From the IMG/VR virus record IMGVR_UViG_3300030060_005695: a stretch of DNA of 64,000 nucleotides; one strand, written 5' to 3'. Positions within the stretch are counted from its first letter, which is position 1. Each line of letters begins with the position of its first letter. Below, piece after piece: positions 1 through 9,675 of this stretch. Position numbers and translations under genes: made by a program. The DNA is from a virus. The notes under the pieces are model-generated. The model made no database searches and was not told where the DNA came from. It saw nothing but the letters and a program-made list of their open reading frames with translations.

Positions 1-1
1 G

Positions 2-1675
2 GATTGGTCTGTTAGTACTAGTTTAGAGTTTTTAGAAAGAAAAAAAGACGGTTCATTACAAAATTTTACAGGAGAACAAAGAAGAGAAACGGAAAAGTTT
101 ATAAAGGAATCTATTGGTACTATGAATGATTTTTTACTAACAGTTTTATCTACTGCTGGTAATCTAGAATCACTTATAGAGTCAAAACCTACAGAAAGAG
201 GTAATGTTTTAAGTAGATTTATAGGTCTAGAAGTTTTAAAAGACAAAGAAAAAACATGTAAAGAAATGTATTCCGCTTGGTCAAAAAAATTAATATCTAA
301 TGTTTATAATATTGAAGATTTAAAACAAGGTATTAAAAAAGAAGAGGAAACAAAAAATACCTTAACACAAAATAACATAGAGAATGAAAAAAATCTAAAA
401 AAAGTAGAGGTTGAACTGTTAAAGAACAATAAAAATAGGGATGAATTAATAAGTAAAAAATTTATTGATATAGATAGTGAAATAGAGAAGGTAAATCCTA
501 GGTTATTAAAAGAAAATTTAGATGAAAATAATTTAAATTTATTAAGTTTAGATTTAAAATTAAAAGCTTATGGGGACAAAGAAATTCCAGAAGAGATAGA
601 CTTAGAAATTTTAAGTCATAAGACAAAAGAAAGGGATAACACCTTACATAAAAAGATACAAAATACAACTAATTTAAAAAATTTAAATAAAACATTAAAA
701 AATTTAATAGAGGCAGAAATATGCCCTACTTGTAAACAACCTTTAAAAGATGTAGACCATACAGATGAGATTGAATCCTTAAAAAAAGAAGTAAATCAAC
801 TAACCACTACAATAAATAAGGAAGAAATAAAACTAACTAACTTAAATGAAGATGTAGATAAGCTCACCACCAAAAAAACAATTTTTGATGAGTACGAGAA
901 AGAAATGTTAAAAAAAGAAAGATTAGTATTAGAGATAAATAAAAAAGAATTAGATATAAGGGAGTTAAGAAATAAATTAGAAGAATGGGAAAGTAATAAA
1001 AATAAACTTGAAGAAAATGCGGAAATAGATAAAAAAATATTAACCACTAACTCCACCATAGATGTATTAAAAACAAATAAGGATTCTTTAATAAGAGATA
1101 TAGAAAGTAATATTAGTGGGATAAAAGTAGCAGAAGACACTATAGTAGAACATAATACTAAGATAAGTAAAATTAAAAAAGAAAATGAAGTTGAAGAAAT
1201 TTTTAGAGCTTATTTAACTGTATTTGGTAAGAATGGGATAATAAAAACAATAGTTAAAAGTGTCGTACCAAAACTTAATAGTGAATTAATGAGGTTATTA
1301 TCCGACGTAACTAATTTTATGGTTGAAATAAGGGTTAGTGATAAAAATGAAGTAGAGTTTTGGATGGTAGATAATAATACTGGCGTAGAAAAATTATTAG
1401 TTACTGGGAGTGGTTTTGAAAAAACACTAGCATCTCTTGCTATTAGAACGGTATTGACTAAGGTATCTTGTCTACCACGACCAAACATAACTGTATTTGA
1501 TGAAGTATTGGGTAAGGTAAGTAATGAAAATCTTGACCAGGTAGGTACATTTTTTAGTAGAGTTAAAGATTATTTTGAAAATATATTTTTAATCACACAT
1601 AATCCTTTAGTAAGAGAGTGGTCCGATAATATAATAACAATCACTAAAGAAAGTAATATTTCTAAATTAAAATAA
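2..1675 (+). CDS. SbcC/Rad50/T4 gp46-like recombination ATPase, 5'-truncated by the window edge
   Basis: Frame is open from base 2. Long coiled coil, CPTCKQ zinc hook, GSGFEK signature, Walker B ITVFDEVLG, LITH H-loop. Confidence 0.9.
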   Translation, partial: DWSVSTSLEFLERKKDGSLQNFTGEQRRETEKFIKESIGTMNDFLLTVLSTAGNLESLIESKPTERGNVLSRFIGLEVLKDKEKTCKEMYSAWSKKLISNVYNIEDLKQGIKKEEETKNTLTQNNIENEKNLKKVEVELLKNNKNRDELISKKFIDIDSEIEKVNPRLLKENLDENNLNLLSLDLKLKAYGDKEIPEEIDLEILSHKTKERDNTLHKKIQNTTNLKNLNKTLKNLIEAEICPTCKQPLKDVDHTDEIESLKKEVNQLTTTINKEEIKLTNLNEDVDKLTTKKTIFDEYEKEMLKKERLVLEINKKELDIRELRNKLEEWESNKNKLEENAEIDKKILTTNSTIDVLKTNKDSLIRDIESNISGIKVAEDTIVEHNTKISKIKKENEVEEIFRAYLTVFGKNGIIKTIVKSVVPKLNSELMRLLSDVTNFMVEIRVSDKNEVEFWMVDNNTGVEKLLVTGSGFEKTLASLAIRTVLTKVSCLPRPNITVFDEVLGKVSNENLDQVGTFFSRVKDYFENIFLITHNPLVREWSDNIITITKESNISKLK

Positions 1676-1687
1676 ATATTTATAAGT

Positions 1688-2245
1688 ATGGGACCAAGAG
1701 TTAAACAATACCTTTTATTTATGTTCGGTAATTGGAGTATGATTGAAAAAAATTCTGAAGTAGTTAATAATATTAGAGATGTTATGGAGACTATAGTTAC
1801 TGAAGAAGAATTTACTTTTATTACCGGAGACCATGTAATAATAATGTGTGTAAAATCTAGATTGTCTTTTGAAGAAATAGATGAAATACTAAAAGAATTT
1901 CTTTCACCATTTATAAATACTCTATTTCTAATGCCTAAACCTAGAAAACTAGCTTATAGAATGGACGAAAATTTAAAAAATCATTTGTTTGGAAAGGCAA
2001 AACCAAAATATAAAAACATAGACCCTAAAATTGCCGAGATACTAACTCAACAGTTACAATCAATAGTTAACGACAGAGTAAAAAAGTTGAAGAAAGACAT
2101 TGACAAAAGTAAAAATATTAGTACTTTTAAAAAAACAAAGTTAATTCCAATGACCATTGACGGACTTTTGGATAAAATAATAGAAGAGGGAATCGATAGT
2201 TTAACTATAGAAGAAAAAGAATTTTTAAATAAATTTAACAAGTAA
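1688..2245 (+). CDS. Hypothetical protein with C-terminal DUF6576-like helical motif
   Basis: C-terminus IDGLLDKIIEEGIDSLTIEEKEFL; TATTTATA at 1677-1684. Confidence 0.6.
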   Translation: MGPRVKQYLLFMFGNWSMIEKNSEVVNNIRDVMETIVTEEEFTFITGDHVIIMCVKSRLSFEEIDEILKEFLSPFINTLFLMPKPRKLAYRMDENLKNHLFGKAKPKYKNIDPKIAEILTQQLQSIVNDRVKKLKKDIDKSKNISTFKKTKLIPMTIDGLLDKIIEEGIDSLTIEEKEFLNKFNK

Positions 2246-2250
2246 AAAAA

Positions 2251-2589
2251 ATGAAATTAGATACTAGTAAATATAAAATAACTTTAATGACAGAAGCTGT
2301 TTGTCCTTCATGTCAAGAAATACAACAATTATTCGACAACAATCTTATTAAATACCAAAATAAATGTATTACAGCACAAATACCACCTGACTATACGGTT
2401 AATCAAGAAAATGCTGCTAATAGATGGGAATTTCATGATTTAGCTGACAAACATCCAGATAAAGTTAGTAATACTCCAGTAATGATAATAGAAGATGTTG
2501 ATGGGAATCAAGAAATATTTAGTGCTGGTGCAGGTTATGAAACAGCAGAAGAGGCTTTAGAATTAATACAAAAAAATTACTGCATATAA
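2251..2589 (+). CDS. Glutaredoxin/thioredoxin-fold protein
   Basis: CPSC motif near the N-terminus and a later TP motif. Confidence 0.65.
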   Translation: MKLDTSKYKITLMTEAVCPSCQEIQQLFDNNLIKYQNKCITAQIPPDYTVNQENAANRWEFHDLADKHPDKVSNTPVMIIEDVDGNQEIFSAGAGYETAEEALELIQKNYCI

Positions 2590-2606
2590 AATAAACCAAC
2601 AAATCC

Positions 2607-2637
2607 TTGTTGGCCACAAATTAATTTTTTATATTTG
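2607..2637 (+). promoter_or_regulatory. Bacteroidota sigmaA-type promoter upstream of the phage sigma gene
   Basis: TTG (2607-2609), N20, TATATTTG (2630-2637). Confidence 0.65.
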
Positions 2638-2653
2638 TACACATATAATATAT

Positions 2654-2694
2654 CTGACAAAAAGTCAGTTAATATTAAATGGTACGCTTATTGT
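2654..2694 (+). promoter_or_regulatory. Palindromic operator plus sigma54-like -24/-12 element
   Basis: CTGAC-AAAAA-GTCAG (2654-2668) followed by TGGTAC-N5-TTGT (2680-2694). Confidence 0.45.
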
Positions 2695-2727
2695 ACTATA
2701 GTATAGTAACTAATAAAAATTAATATA

Positions 2728-3525
2728 ATGGCAAAAAATACATTTATAAATCAGGCAGAAATATCACATTACTTAAAAGATGTGAGAAAAAGAAAAGTAC
2801 TAACACCAGCTAGAGAAAAAGAATTAGCTAAAATAATGTTAGATAAGAATACCCCGATAGAAAAAAGAGAAGAAGTACATTTAGAATTACTAGAGGGAAA
2901 CCTTAGATTTGTTATTAGTGTAGCGAAAGACTATCAAGGACAAGGGGTTGAACTTTCTGATTTAATTGCAGAAGGTAATTATGGTTTACTTAAAGCGATA
3001 AAAAACTTTGATTGGGATAAAGGTTTTAGGTTTATTTCTTACGCTGTCTGGTGGGTTAAACAATCTATACTACAATGTCTAAACGAAAACGCTAGGACTA
3101 TAAGACTACCGGTGAACATAATTCAAGAACTACAAAGAGAAAAGAAAAAAATTAGTCAGGAAATAGAAAAGTGGAATAGTAAACTTGCTATGTTACCAGT
3201 AACAATTAACTATGACCGACCAATAAATGAAGAAGGTGATACTCTCATAGATATATTAGTTAATCCAGATGCTGAAAATCCTGAAGATATTTTTGCAGAT
3301 GAAGTTAATTTAAAAGATGAACTTTATAAATTAATGTCTAGTCTAGATGAAAGAGAAAGAAACATTATTATAGACTATTATGGTCTATGTGGTACACCGA
3401 TGACCCTACAAGAAATTGGGGACGGACTAAGTCTAACTAAAGAAAGAGTAAGACAAATAAAAGAAAAAGTATTAAGAAAATTAAGAAATGACAGCTACCA
3501 ACTGTTAGAATACCTGGGTGATTAA
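2728..3525 (+). CDS. RNA polymerase sigma-70 factor, short RpoD/SigA type lacking region 1.1
   Basis: NLRFVISVAKDY, DLIAEGNYGL, GFRFISYAVWW, RTIRLP; region 4 MTLQEIG...ERVRQIKEK. Confidence 0.95.
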   Translation: MAKNTFINQAEISHYLKDVRKRKVLTPAREKELAKIMLDKNTPIEKREEVHLELLEGNLRFVISVAKDYQGQGVELSDLIAEGNYGLLKAIKNFDWDKGFRFISYAVWWVKQSILQCLNENARTIRLPVNIIQELQREKKKISQEIEKWNSKLAMLPVTINYDRPINEEGDTLIDILVNPDAENPEDIFADEVNLKDELYKLMSSLDERERNIIIDYYGLCGTPMTLQEIGDGLSLTKERVRQIKEKVLRKLRNDSYQLLEYLGD

Positions 3526-3546
3526 TATTTATCAATAAAGATAAAA

Positions 3547-4926
3547 ATGAAAAAAAGACTTTTTCCGTTATTAATTGCGTTATCTGCATTGGCAGTATCT
3601 GGTTCAGCAGCCTTCTATTCAGTGTTTGGATTAAGTAAACTATTCGCCGGAGCTTCCACCCAAGTAATAATAATGGCAGGTTCACTAGAATTCGCAAAAC
3701 TTGTAGTAGCTTCACTCTTATATCAATATTGGGACACAATTAACAGAGCTTTAAAAATATATCTTTCATTAGCCTGTTTTATACTTATCTTAATTACTAG
3801 TGGTGGTATATATGGATTCCTATCCGGAGCATATCAAGAAACAGCAACTAAATCTGAGTTATTAGACAAATCTTTAGCAATAATAAACCAAAAACAAATT
3901 AGATTTGAAGAACAAAAAACGGACTTAACACTCGAAAAAACACAATTAAACCAATCAATCTCAGAACTAAGAATATCCCTATCAAACCCAAGTTCAGTAT
4001 CGTATTATGATAAAGAGGCTGAACAGGTAATTACAACAACTTCTAGTTCTACAAGACGAGCTTTACAAAAAGAATTAGAAAACACAATAAAAGATAGAGA
4101 TGAGATTAACATAAAATTAGAAGCTGTTCTTGACTCTATAAATTCAACTGATGTATTATTGTTAGATAAAGAAGTTAGTAACGAAGCTGAAAGAGAATTA
4201 GGACCTTTAAAATACTTAGCGGAAACTACCGGTAAACCAATGAATGAGGTAGTTAATTGGTTTTTATTATTAATTATATTTGTATTTGACCCACTAGCAA
4301 TCGCATTAGTCGTAGCAGCGAATTTCGCATTTGCACAAATAAAACCAAAAAAAGAAGAATTCATAGTCCAAACCAGTGGGATTGACCCTAAAGATGTAAA
4401 AATGTCAAAACCAGACGGTTTAGAATTTGATACACCATATACTATGGAAGAAGTGTCAGAAGCTTTTGCAAGACAAGATAAAAAAGATGAAACTAAAGAG
4501 GAAGAACTATTTGAACAGGAAGTTATAGATGACCAATACTTTGAAGACTTAGAAAATTATATAAATTATACATCAGAAGAAAAACAGATGGATATAGATG
4601 AACAAAGAATGAATATCATAGGTCAAAACGGTAATGATGGTTTACATTACGACGAGACAGATATCCCATTAGATAGATTAACAGACACCACACAAACTTT
4701 AATAGTAGACAGTAAAAAAGATGTGAGGGTTATTAAAACTAATGATGATTTAGAAGAAGAAGAACTAATAGCTTTAAGTAAAGAAGTAGGTAAAAATGAA
4801 ATAATTGAAGAAATAAAACCAATAAATCCTACTGAAAAAGAACTTGAAAAATTAGCAGAAGCACTTAATATTAGTAAAAAAGAACAGGAAGATGACAACA
4901 AAACACTTAGATATAAGGGAAGATAA
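3547..4926 (+). CDS. Membrane protein with coiled coil and acidic tail
   Basis: Three N-terminal hydrophobic segments, coiled coil, LLLIIFVFDPLAIALVV segment; TATTTAT at 3526-3532. Confidence 0.7.
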   Translation: MKKRLFPLLIALSALAVSGSAAFYSVFGLSKLFAGASTQVIIMAGSLEFAKLVVASLLYQYWDTINRALKIYLSLACFILILITSGGIYGFLSGAYQETATKSELLDKSLAIINQKQIRFEEQKTDLTLEKTQLNQSISELRISLSNPSSVSYYDKEAEQVITTTSSSTRRALQKELENTIKDRDEINIKLEAVLDSINSTDVLLLDKEVSNEAERELGPLKYLAETTGKPMNEVVNWFLLLIIFVFDPLAIALVVAANFAFAQIKPKKEEFIVQTSGIDPKDVKMSKPDGLEFDTPYTMEEVSEAFARQDKKDETKEEELFEQEVIDDQYFEDLENYINYTSEEKQMDIDEQRMNIIGQNGNDGLHYDETDIPLDRLTDTTQTLIVDSKKDVRVIKTNDDLEEEELIALSKEVGKNEIIEEIKPINPTEKELEKLAEALNISKKEQEDDNKTLRYKGR

Positions 4927-5446
4927 GATAAATCAAATACTGTTATGTAATACTAATAGAGACATTAAAAATTACTTAAAGGGACTAAAATTTAGAAATA
5001 ACGGTAAATACGAAAAAATACCAAATTATATAATAGATAAAAAAGGTGAAATTCATACACCAACGGACAAAGATGTCTCTAAACACTATCTATTTGGTTA
5101 TAGAAACGAGGGTGTTATTGTAGTGTGTTTAGAAAATAGGGGTTGGTTAAAAAGAAGAAGTACTGACGGTAAGTATGTTGATTGGTTGGGGGATATTTAT
5201 AGTAGTAAAACATTCTCTAAAAAATGGAGAAATAAACTGTTTTGGGATAAATATACTGATAAACAAATAGAAACAACTAAAAAACTAATAGATAAAATAT
5301 GTAAAAATAAAAATATACCTAATGAATTTATAGGTCACAACGTTTTAGTTGATGGTATAGAAAATTTTAAAGGTATAGTATCTAGAAGTAATTATAATGA
5401 ATATTGGACAGACATAAACCCATCATTTAATTTTGAAATATTATGA
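4892..5446 (+). CDS. Amidase_2-like protein, probably lacking Zn ligands
   Basis: PNYIIDKKGEI, IVVCLEN, YTDKQIE and IGHN resemble Amidase_2, but the first His is absent (ILLCNT). Start uncertain. Confidence 0.5.
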   Translation: MTTKHLDIREDKINQILLCNTNRDIKNYLKGLKFRNNGKYEKIPNYIIDKKGEIHTPTDKDVSKHYLFGYRNEGVIVVCLENRGWLKRRSTDGKYVDWLGDIYSSKTFSKKWRNKLFWDKYTDKQIETTKKLIDKICKNKNIPNEFIGHNVLVDGIENFKGIVSRSNYNEYWTDINPSFNFEIL

Positions 5447-5982
5447 AAAAAATAAATAACATAAAAGATTATACCGAGTATACTAATAATAGATACGACG
5501 AAATGAAATCTTTATTAAACAAATCTAGAAGGTTAACTGAACAAGTCACAGATATTGAAGATATTACTTTAGATAGGGAAGAAGAAAAAACCAAAGAATA
5601 TGACGTATCTAGTGGAAAAATTATTGTTCATGGATACACCACTTCAGACATAACTTTAACGGACGAAGAAAAAAATACCTACCAAGAAACTATGGACGAC
5701 TTCATAGAACAAGTTTCTGATTTAGTAGACTATAACGCTTTAAATATATATGATAATAACGTAGAGTGGTCTGGTGTTTTAGTTAAGTTTGATACTGAAT
5801 TTTTTTACAGTGTAGGTGAAGAAAATGGTGTTTATATAACTGGAAGTATGGTTAAAATAGATAGTGAAGCATTAGAGATGCTTAATAAGTTAAAAGATTA
5901 TTATCAGATTTTTTCTGCAAAATGGGCAGCTGTATTAGCTGATAGAAAATCAACTAAAAAGATGGAGGAAGAAAACGAGTAA
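5443..5982 (+). CDS. Acidic hypothetical protein, possible head protein
   Basis: Coupled ORF; N-terminal EMKSLLNKSRRLTEQ tag-like segment. Confidence 0.6.
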   Translation: MKKINNIKDYTEYTNNRYDEMKSLLNKSRRLTEQVTDIEDITLDREEEKTKEYDVSSGKIIVHGYTTSDITLTDEEKNTYQETMDDFIEQVSDLVDYNALNIYDNNVEWSGVLVKFDTEFFYSVGEENGVYITGSMVKIDSEALEMLNKLKDYYQIFSAKWAAVLADRKSTKKMEEENE

Positions 5983-5983
5983 T

Positions 5984-6295
5984 ATGGAATTTTTAAAAAA
6001 ATCATGGAAATTTATAGTTGGTATCATTGGATTCTTTATAGGGTTTGTTTGGTTCATGAACGCTAACAGCAGTAAAAAAGTTAAAAAGATTAAAAGAAAT
6101 ATTAAATCTAACGAGAAGAAAACCAAAGAAGTTGATAAAAAAATAGAGAATGTAAAAAAGAAAAAGAAGAAGACAAAGAAAAAGATTGCGGATACAGATA
6201 AAGAACTCAAAGAACTTAAAACTAAAAAACCGGTAGTTAAAAAGAAAACAGGAAAACAGGCAACTAATTCCTTAAAAAATAGACTTAAAAAATGA
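5984..6295 (+). CDS. N-terminally anchored Lys-rich coiled-coil membrane protein
   Basis: FIVGIIGFFIGFVWF helix then a basic coiled coil. Confidence 0.6.
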   Translation: MEFLKKSWKFIVGIIGFFIGFVWFMNANSSKKVKKIKRNIKSNEKKTKEVDKKIENVKKKKKKTKKKIADTDKELKELKTKKPVVKKKTGKQATNSLKNRLKK

Positions 6296-6666
6296 AAAAA
6301 CTAATAATAATACTACTATTGTTTACTCCAGTATGGGTACTATCACAAACTCACACTTTTACAGAAAAAGAAGTAATTGAAATGGACTCCTTATTCCAGG
6401 TTTATGAACAAACTGATAGTTTACAGAAATTAGAAATTAAGTTACTTAAAACACAACTAGTAAATTACAAAACATTACACACCCAAGACAGTTTACATAT
6501 AGCTTTTATGGGTGAGAAAACAAACCTCTTAAATCAAAGAATAGATTTATATATAGATTTAACAAAAGAATTACAACCTAAATGGTATAATAAACCTGTA
6601 GTTCACTTCTTTTTAGGTGCTGCAACAATTGTTACTGCTTCTTGGGTCGTATCCAACGTTAAGTAG
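6292..6666 (+). CDS. Secreted coiled-coil protein with C-terminal hydrophobic helix
   Basis: Signal peptide ending VLS-Q; ATGA overlap with the upstream gene. Confidence 0.6.
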   Translation: MKKLIIILLLFTPVWVLSQTHTFTEKEVIEMDSLFQVYEQTDSLQKLEIKLLKTQLVNYKTLHTQDSLHIAFMGEKTNLLNQRIDLYIDLTKELQPKWYNKPVVHFFLGAATIVTASWVVSNVK

Positions 6667-6678
6667 TATTTATAGTAT

Positions 6679-6921
6679 ATGGCATTAACTAACACAGATA
6701 AAAGAGAAATCGAAAGAATCGCTCGTAAAGAGATAAAAGATTTCATGAATAAACCCCAGTTTAAAAACGAGGTACAAAAAGTTGTAGCGGATGAAATTAA
6801 AAAAGGGAGAAATACTAGGGCAGAAATCGTAGATATAGTTAGTAAGGTAATGTTAGAATTATATAAAACATTCTGGTTTAGACGTAGTATGTGGCAATCA
6901 GAAATTAAAAGAGTAAAATAA
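6679..6921 (+). CDS. Hypothetical protein
   Basis: ORF; TATTTATA at 6667-6674. Confidence 0.6.
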   Translation: MALTNTDKREIERIARKEIKDFMNKPQFKNEVQKVVADEIKKGRNTRAEIVDIVSKVMLELYKTFWFRRSMWQSEIKRVK

Positions 6922-7589
6922 TGGGGATAAAAAATAACTTTGAAAAAGCATTAAAAAAAGCAATAAGTAAAGACCCTATGGGTTATAAAGCTATTTTAGA
7001 TGAAGACCATGATTGTGAAAAGATTCATCCAGAAATGACTCATGAGGAATGGAGTAAAACCAAAGAAAAAGAAATGGATGAAGCGACTACCGCAGCAAGT
7101 GCTGGAGCTTTTGTGGCACCTATGGGATTTGACCCTAGATTTGCTGGGGAGAAAAAGAAAAAAAAGAAGAAACAAGAAGAATTTGATGAAGCAACTACAG
7201 CTGCAAGTTCTGGTGCATATGTCACACCACAAATGTGGGCAAAAGATGAAAAAAACTGGAGAGGAAAAGCAAAAACACAATGGCCAGGAGGAAAATTTGT
7301 AAAAGTAAAGAAAAAATGTAGTACTTTCCCTTATTGTAATCAGGGTGATATTAACGCTTTAGAATTAACAGATAATAAAATGGTTAAAGCTGCGATAACT
7401 GAAGTAGCAAAAAAAACAGGTAAAGATAAAACTTACATAAAAGAACTAGTTAAGAAAGAAATAGAAGAGATTATAAGAAGAAGTATCTATAAATCTCCTA
7501 TAACTAGTTTAGTTGGGACAGGTAAAATGAACACACCAATAGGACAAATATATACTATGGGGTCAAATGTTGGTGGAAAATACGAATAA
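6921..7589 (+). CDS. Hypothetical protein with duplicated DEATTAAS[AS]GA[FY]VxP motif
   Basis: Two copies of the motif visible in the translation. Confidence 0.65.
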   Translation: MGIKNNFEKALKKAISKDPMGYKAILDEDHDCEKIHPEMTHEEWSKTKEKEMDEATTAASAGAFVAPMGFDPRFAGEKKKKKKKQEEFDEATTAASSGAYVTPQMWAKDEKNWRGKAKTQWPGGKFVKVKKKCSTFPYCNQGDINALELTDNKMVKAAITEVAKKTGKDKTYIKELVKKEIEEIIRRSIYKSPITSLVGTGKMNTPIGQIYTMGSNVGGKYE

Positions 7590-7615
7590 ATAGATATTTA
7601 TAATAAAAAGAAATT

Positions 7616-8566
7616 ATGTCAATATTAGCACAAAGTCCGGATTTAGATAAAATAATCAGTAAAGCAGTTAAAAGAATTGGTGAAAACCATACATTAGCTA
7701 GAGATAATAAAGGGGTAGAAATGAAAGCTATGGAAATAGAAGAAGATAGAAAAAACTTCAGAAAAGGAAGAACTAATGAAGTAGGGAATGAAACAATGGA
7801 ATCTGTTATTGAGGAATCTTTAAAAGCAGTTGCTGATGAGATGGCAGAAAAAATGGTGTTGGAAAATACTATTGATGGTATGATTAAAGACGTTATCAAA
7901 CCAACAGAAGAAGTGATAGACACTAAAAAAGAAGTAAATGAAACAACTACAGACACAATTAAAAAACTAGTAAGTAAAAAATTAAAAAATAAATTAGAAG
8001 AAGCTAAGAATGTAAAAAGACATCCAGGTTACGACACTTATGAAAAGGCTGTTAAAAAATCTAAAAAAGAAAATGACGCAGCGATGAAAGAAACAGACAA
8101 AAAATTCAAAGAGTACGAAACTTTTGAAGGTAATGAAAGTCCAGCTTTCCCACATCAAGAAATGTCAAAAACTAACGCTGACGGACAATACCAATATTAT
8201 AGAAATAATGATGAAGACCAAGAATTTATTGATGATTTTGCGTACCCAGGATTAATAGATTTTGATGTAAATAATCAAAACATGGAAAGACTAACTAAAT
8301 ATTTAGAGGGCTCTAGTGAAACAGGAAACGCACAAACTGATGATGAGGGTGTAGCTCTAGGTAATGTAGTACCAAGTGACTTAGGTGAAAAAATGTTAAA
8401 ATCTAAAAAAAGAAGAGCGGAGAAAATAGCAGATGAAAAAGCTTCTATGACTAATTTACGAGGTTATACACCAGATGTACAAAAAGTAAAACAAGTAAAA
8501 GAAGGTGTTAACAAAGATATGGATACAATGAAAAAATTGTGGTCTTACAACAAAAAAACACAATAA
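7616..8566 (+). CDS. Hypothetical protein, possible prohead core/internal protein
   Basis: Charged helical ORF with several [LIV]-x-E sites; TATTTATA at 7595-7602. Confidence 0.6.
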   Translation: MSILAQSPDLDKIISKAVKRIGENHTLARDNKGVEMKAMEIEEDRKNFRKGRTNEVGNETMESVIEESLKAVADEMAEKMVLENTIDGMIKDVIKPTEEVIDTKKEVNETTTDTIKKLVSKKLKNKLEEAKNVKRHPGYDTYEKAVKKSKKENDAAMKETDKKFKEYETFEGNESPAFPHQEMSKTNADGQYQYYRNNDEDQEFIDDFAYPGLIDFDVNNQNMERLTKYLEGSSETGNAQTDDEGVALGNVVPSDLGEKMLKSKKRRAEKIADEKASMTNLRGYTPDVQKVKQVKEGVNKDMDTMKKLWSYNKKTQ

Positions 8567-9087
8567 CACTATTTCCTCTAGTAATCTCAGTACCTATCTT
8601 TAAAACTATGGAAGATATGGAAAGAAGACGATTATTGCCAGAACAATTTTTTAAATACGTGACTCAACCGTTAAGCCGCGAAGATATGAATTTATGGGTT
8701 AAGGCACATAATATTAATGTCTCTAAAGTAAGTTTATTTGGTGATTATTTAAATTCATTATACAATCTGGTAGAAGATACCTACTTAGGTATTGATGTTA
8801 TAAAAACTGATAAGGAAATCACAGGACACTTCAACTGGTGCTGGGAAAAAACTATAAATAACTTTAAAAAAGAGAATATAATATTTAACACTGAAGGTAC
8901 ACACTACGACTATTTTTTTCATTTTTTTTACGAATCTTTCTATAATAAGAAAAATGATGAACACCTAGAAAAATTAAGATATTTTTTAACTATACTTTTT
9001 ATATTACATACATCTAAAACCAAGTCTGAACTGGATATGTTATATGAGGTATATGTATTATTAAATGAAAGCTTGACAGTTAAATAA
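8539..9087 (+). CDS. Hypothetical protein
   Basis: ORF; the real start is probably a downstream ATG. Confidence 0.6.
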   Translation: MVLQQKNTITLFPLVISVPIFKTMEDMERRRLLPEQFFKYVTQPLSREDMNLWVKAHNINVSKVSLFGDYLNSLYNLVEDTYLGIDVIKTDKEITGHFNWCWEKTINNFKKENIIFNTEGTHYDYFFHFFYESFYNKKNDEHLEKLRYFLTILFILHTSKTKSELDMLYEVYVLLNESLTVK

Positions 9088-9107
9088 TAATTGACTAAAA
9101 TTAAAAT

Positions 9108-9320
9108 ATGAGAATAATTAATATCATAAATAATGAATTAATAGTACAAAAACAAAAGTTAGAATCTGAATTAGAAAGGATTCTTAATGTACAAGATATG
9201 AGCATCGAAGATAAACTAGAAAAATCATTAGACCTCATAAATAAATTAACAATGGTAAACCAAAGTTTTGTAACTTGGGAATCATACCAACAAAATGAAA
9301 AAGAAAATAAAGAAGAATAA
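9108..9320 (+). CDS. Hypothetical coiled-coil protein
   Basis: ORF in operon context. Confidence 0.55.
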   Translation: MRIINIINNELIVQKQKLESELERILNVQDMSIEDKLEKSLDLINKLTMVNQSFVTWESYQQNEKENKEE

Positions 9321-9321
9321 T

Positions 9322-9495
9322 ATGGAAACATTAACACAATTAGAAACACTAGTAACATCTATTAAAGTAGACGCTGAAAAATTTTTTGATAAAAAAAATA
9401 AAAGTGCAGGTATTAGAGCTAGAAAATCAGCACAAGAACTAAAATCAGTATTACAAACTCTAAGAAAAGAAATTCTAGAAGAAAGTAAAAAATAA
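9322..9495 (+). CDS. Histone H1-like (Hc1-family) small basic protein
   Basis: DAEKFFDKKNKSAGIRARKSAQELK matches the Hc1-like motif of Bacteroidota; ATG at 9322. Confidence 0.8.
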   Translation: METLTQLETLVTSIKVDAEKFFDKKNKSAGIRARKSAQELKSVLQTLRKEILEESKK

Positions 9496-9675
9496 ATGGA
9501 ACATTGGATATTCACATTTCTTTTTATATTTTCCTTATTAGTTATAGTGAGGAATATTATTATGTTAATAAGAAAACTATATGCGGATGAACCAACAACT
9601 TATAATTTACCATACCAGGAAGCTTTATTACTGGGGGTAAGTGTAGCTTACACTATAACATATATAATAAATTAA
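9496..9675 (+). CDS. Small two-helix membrane protein (59 aa, not in ORF track)
   Basis: ATG directly after the previous stop, TAA directly before the next ATG; MEHWIFTFLFIFSLLVIVRN... Confidence 0.6.
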   Translation: MEHWIFTFLFIFSLLVIVRNIIMLIRKLYADEPTTYNLPYQEALLLGVSVAYTITYIIN

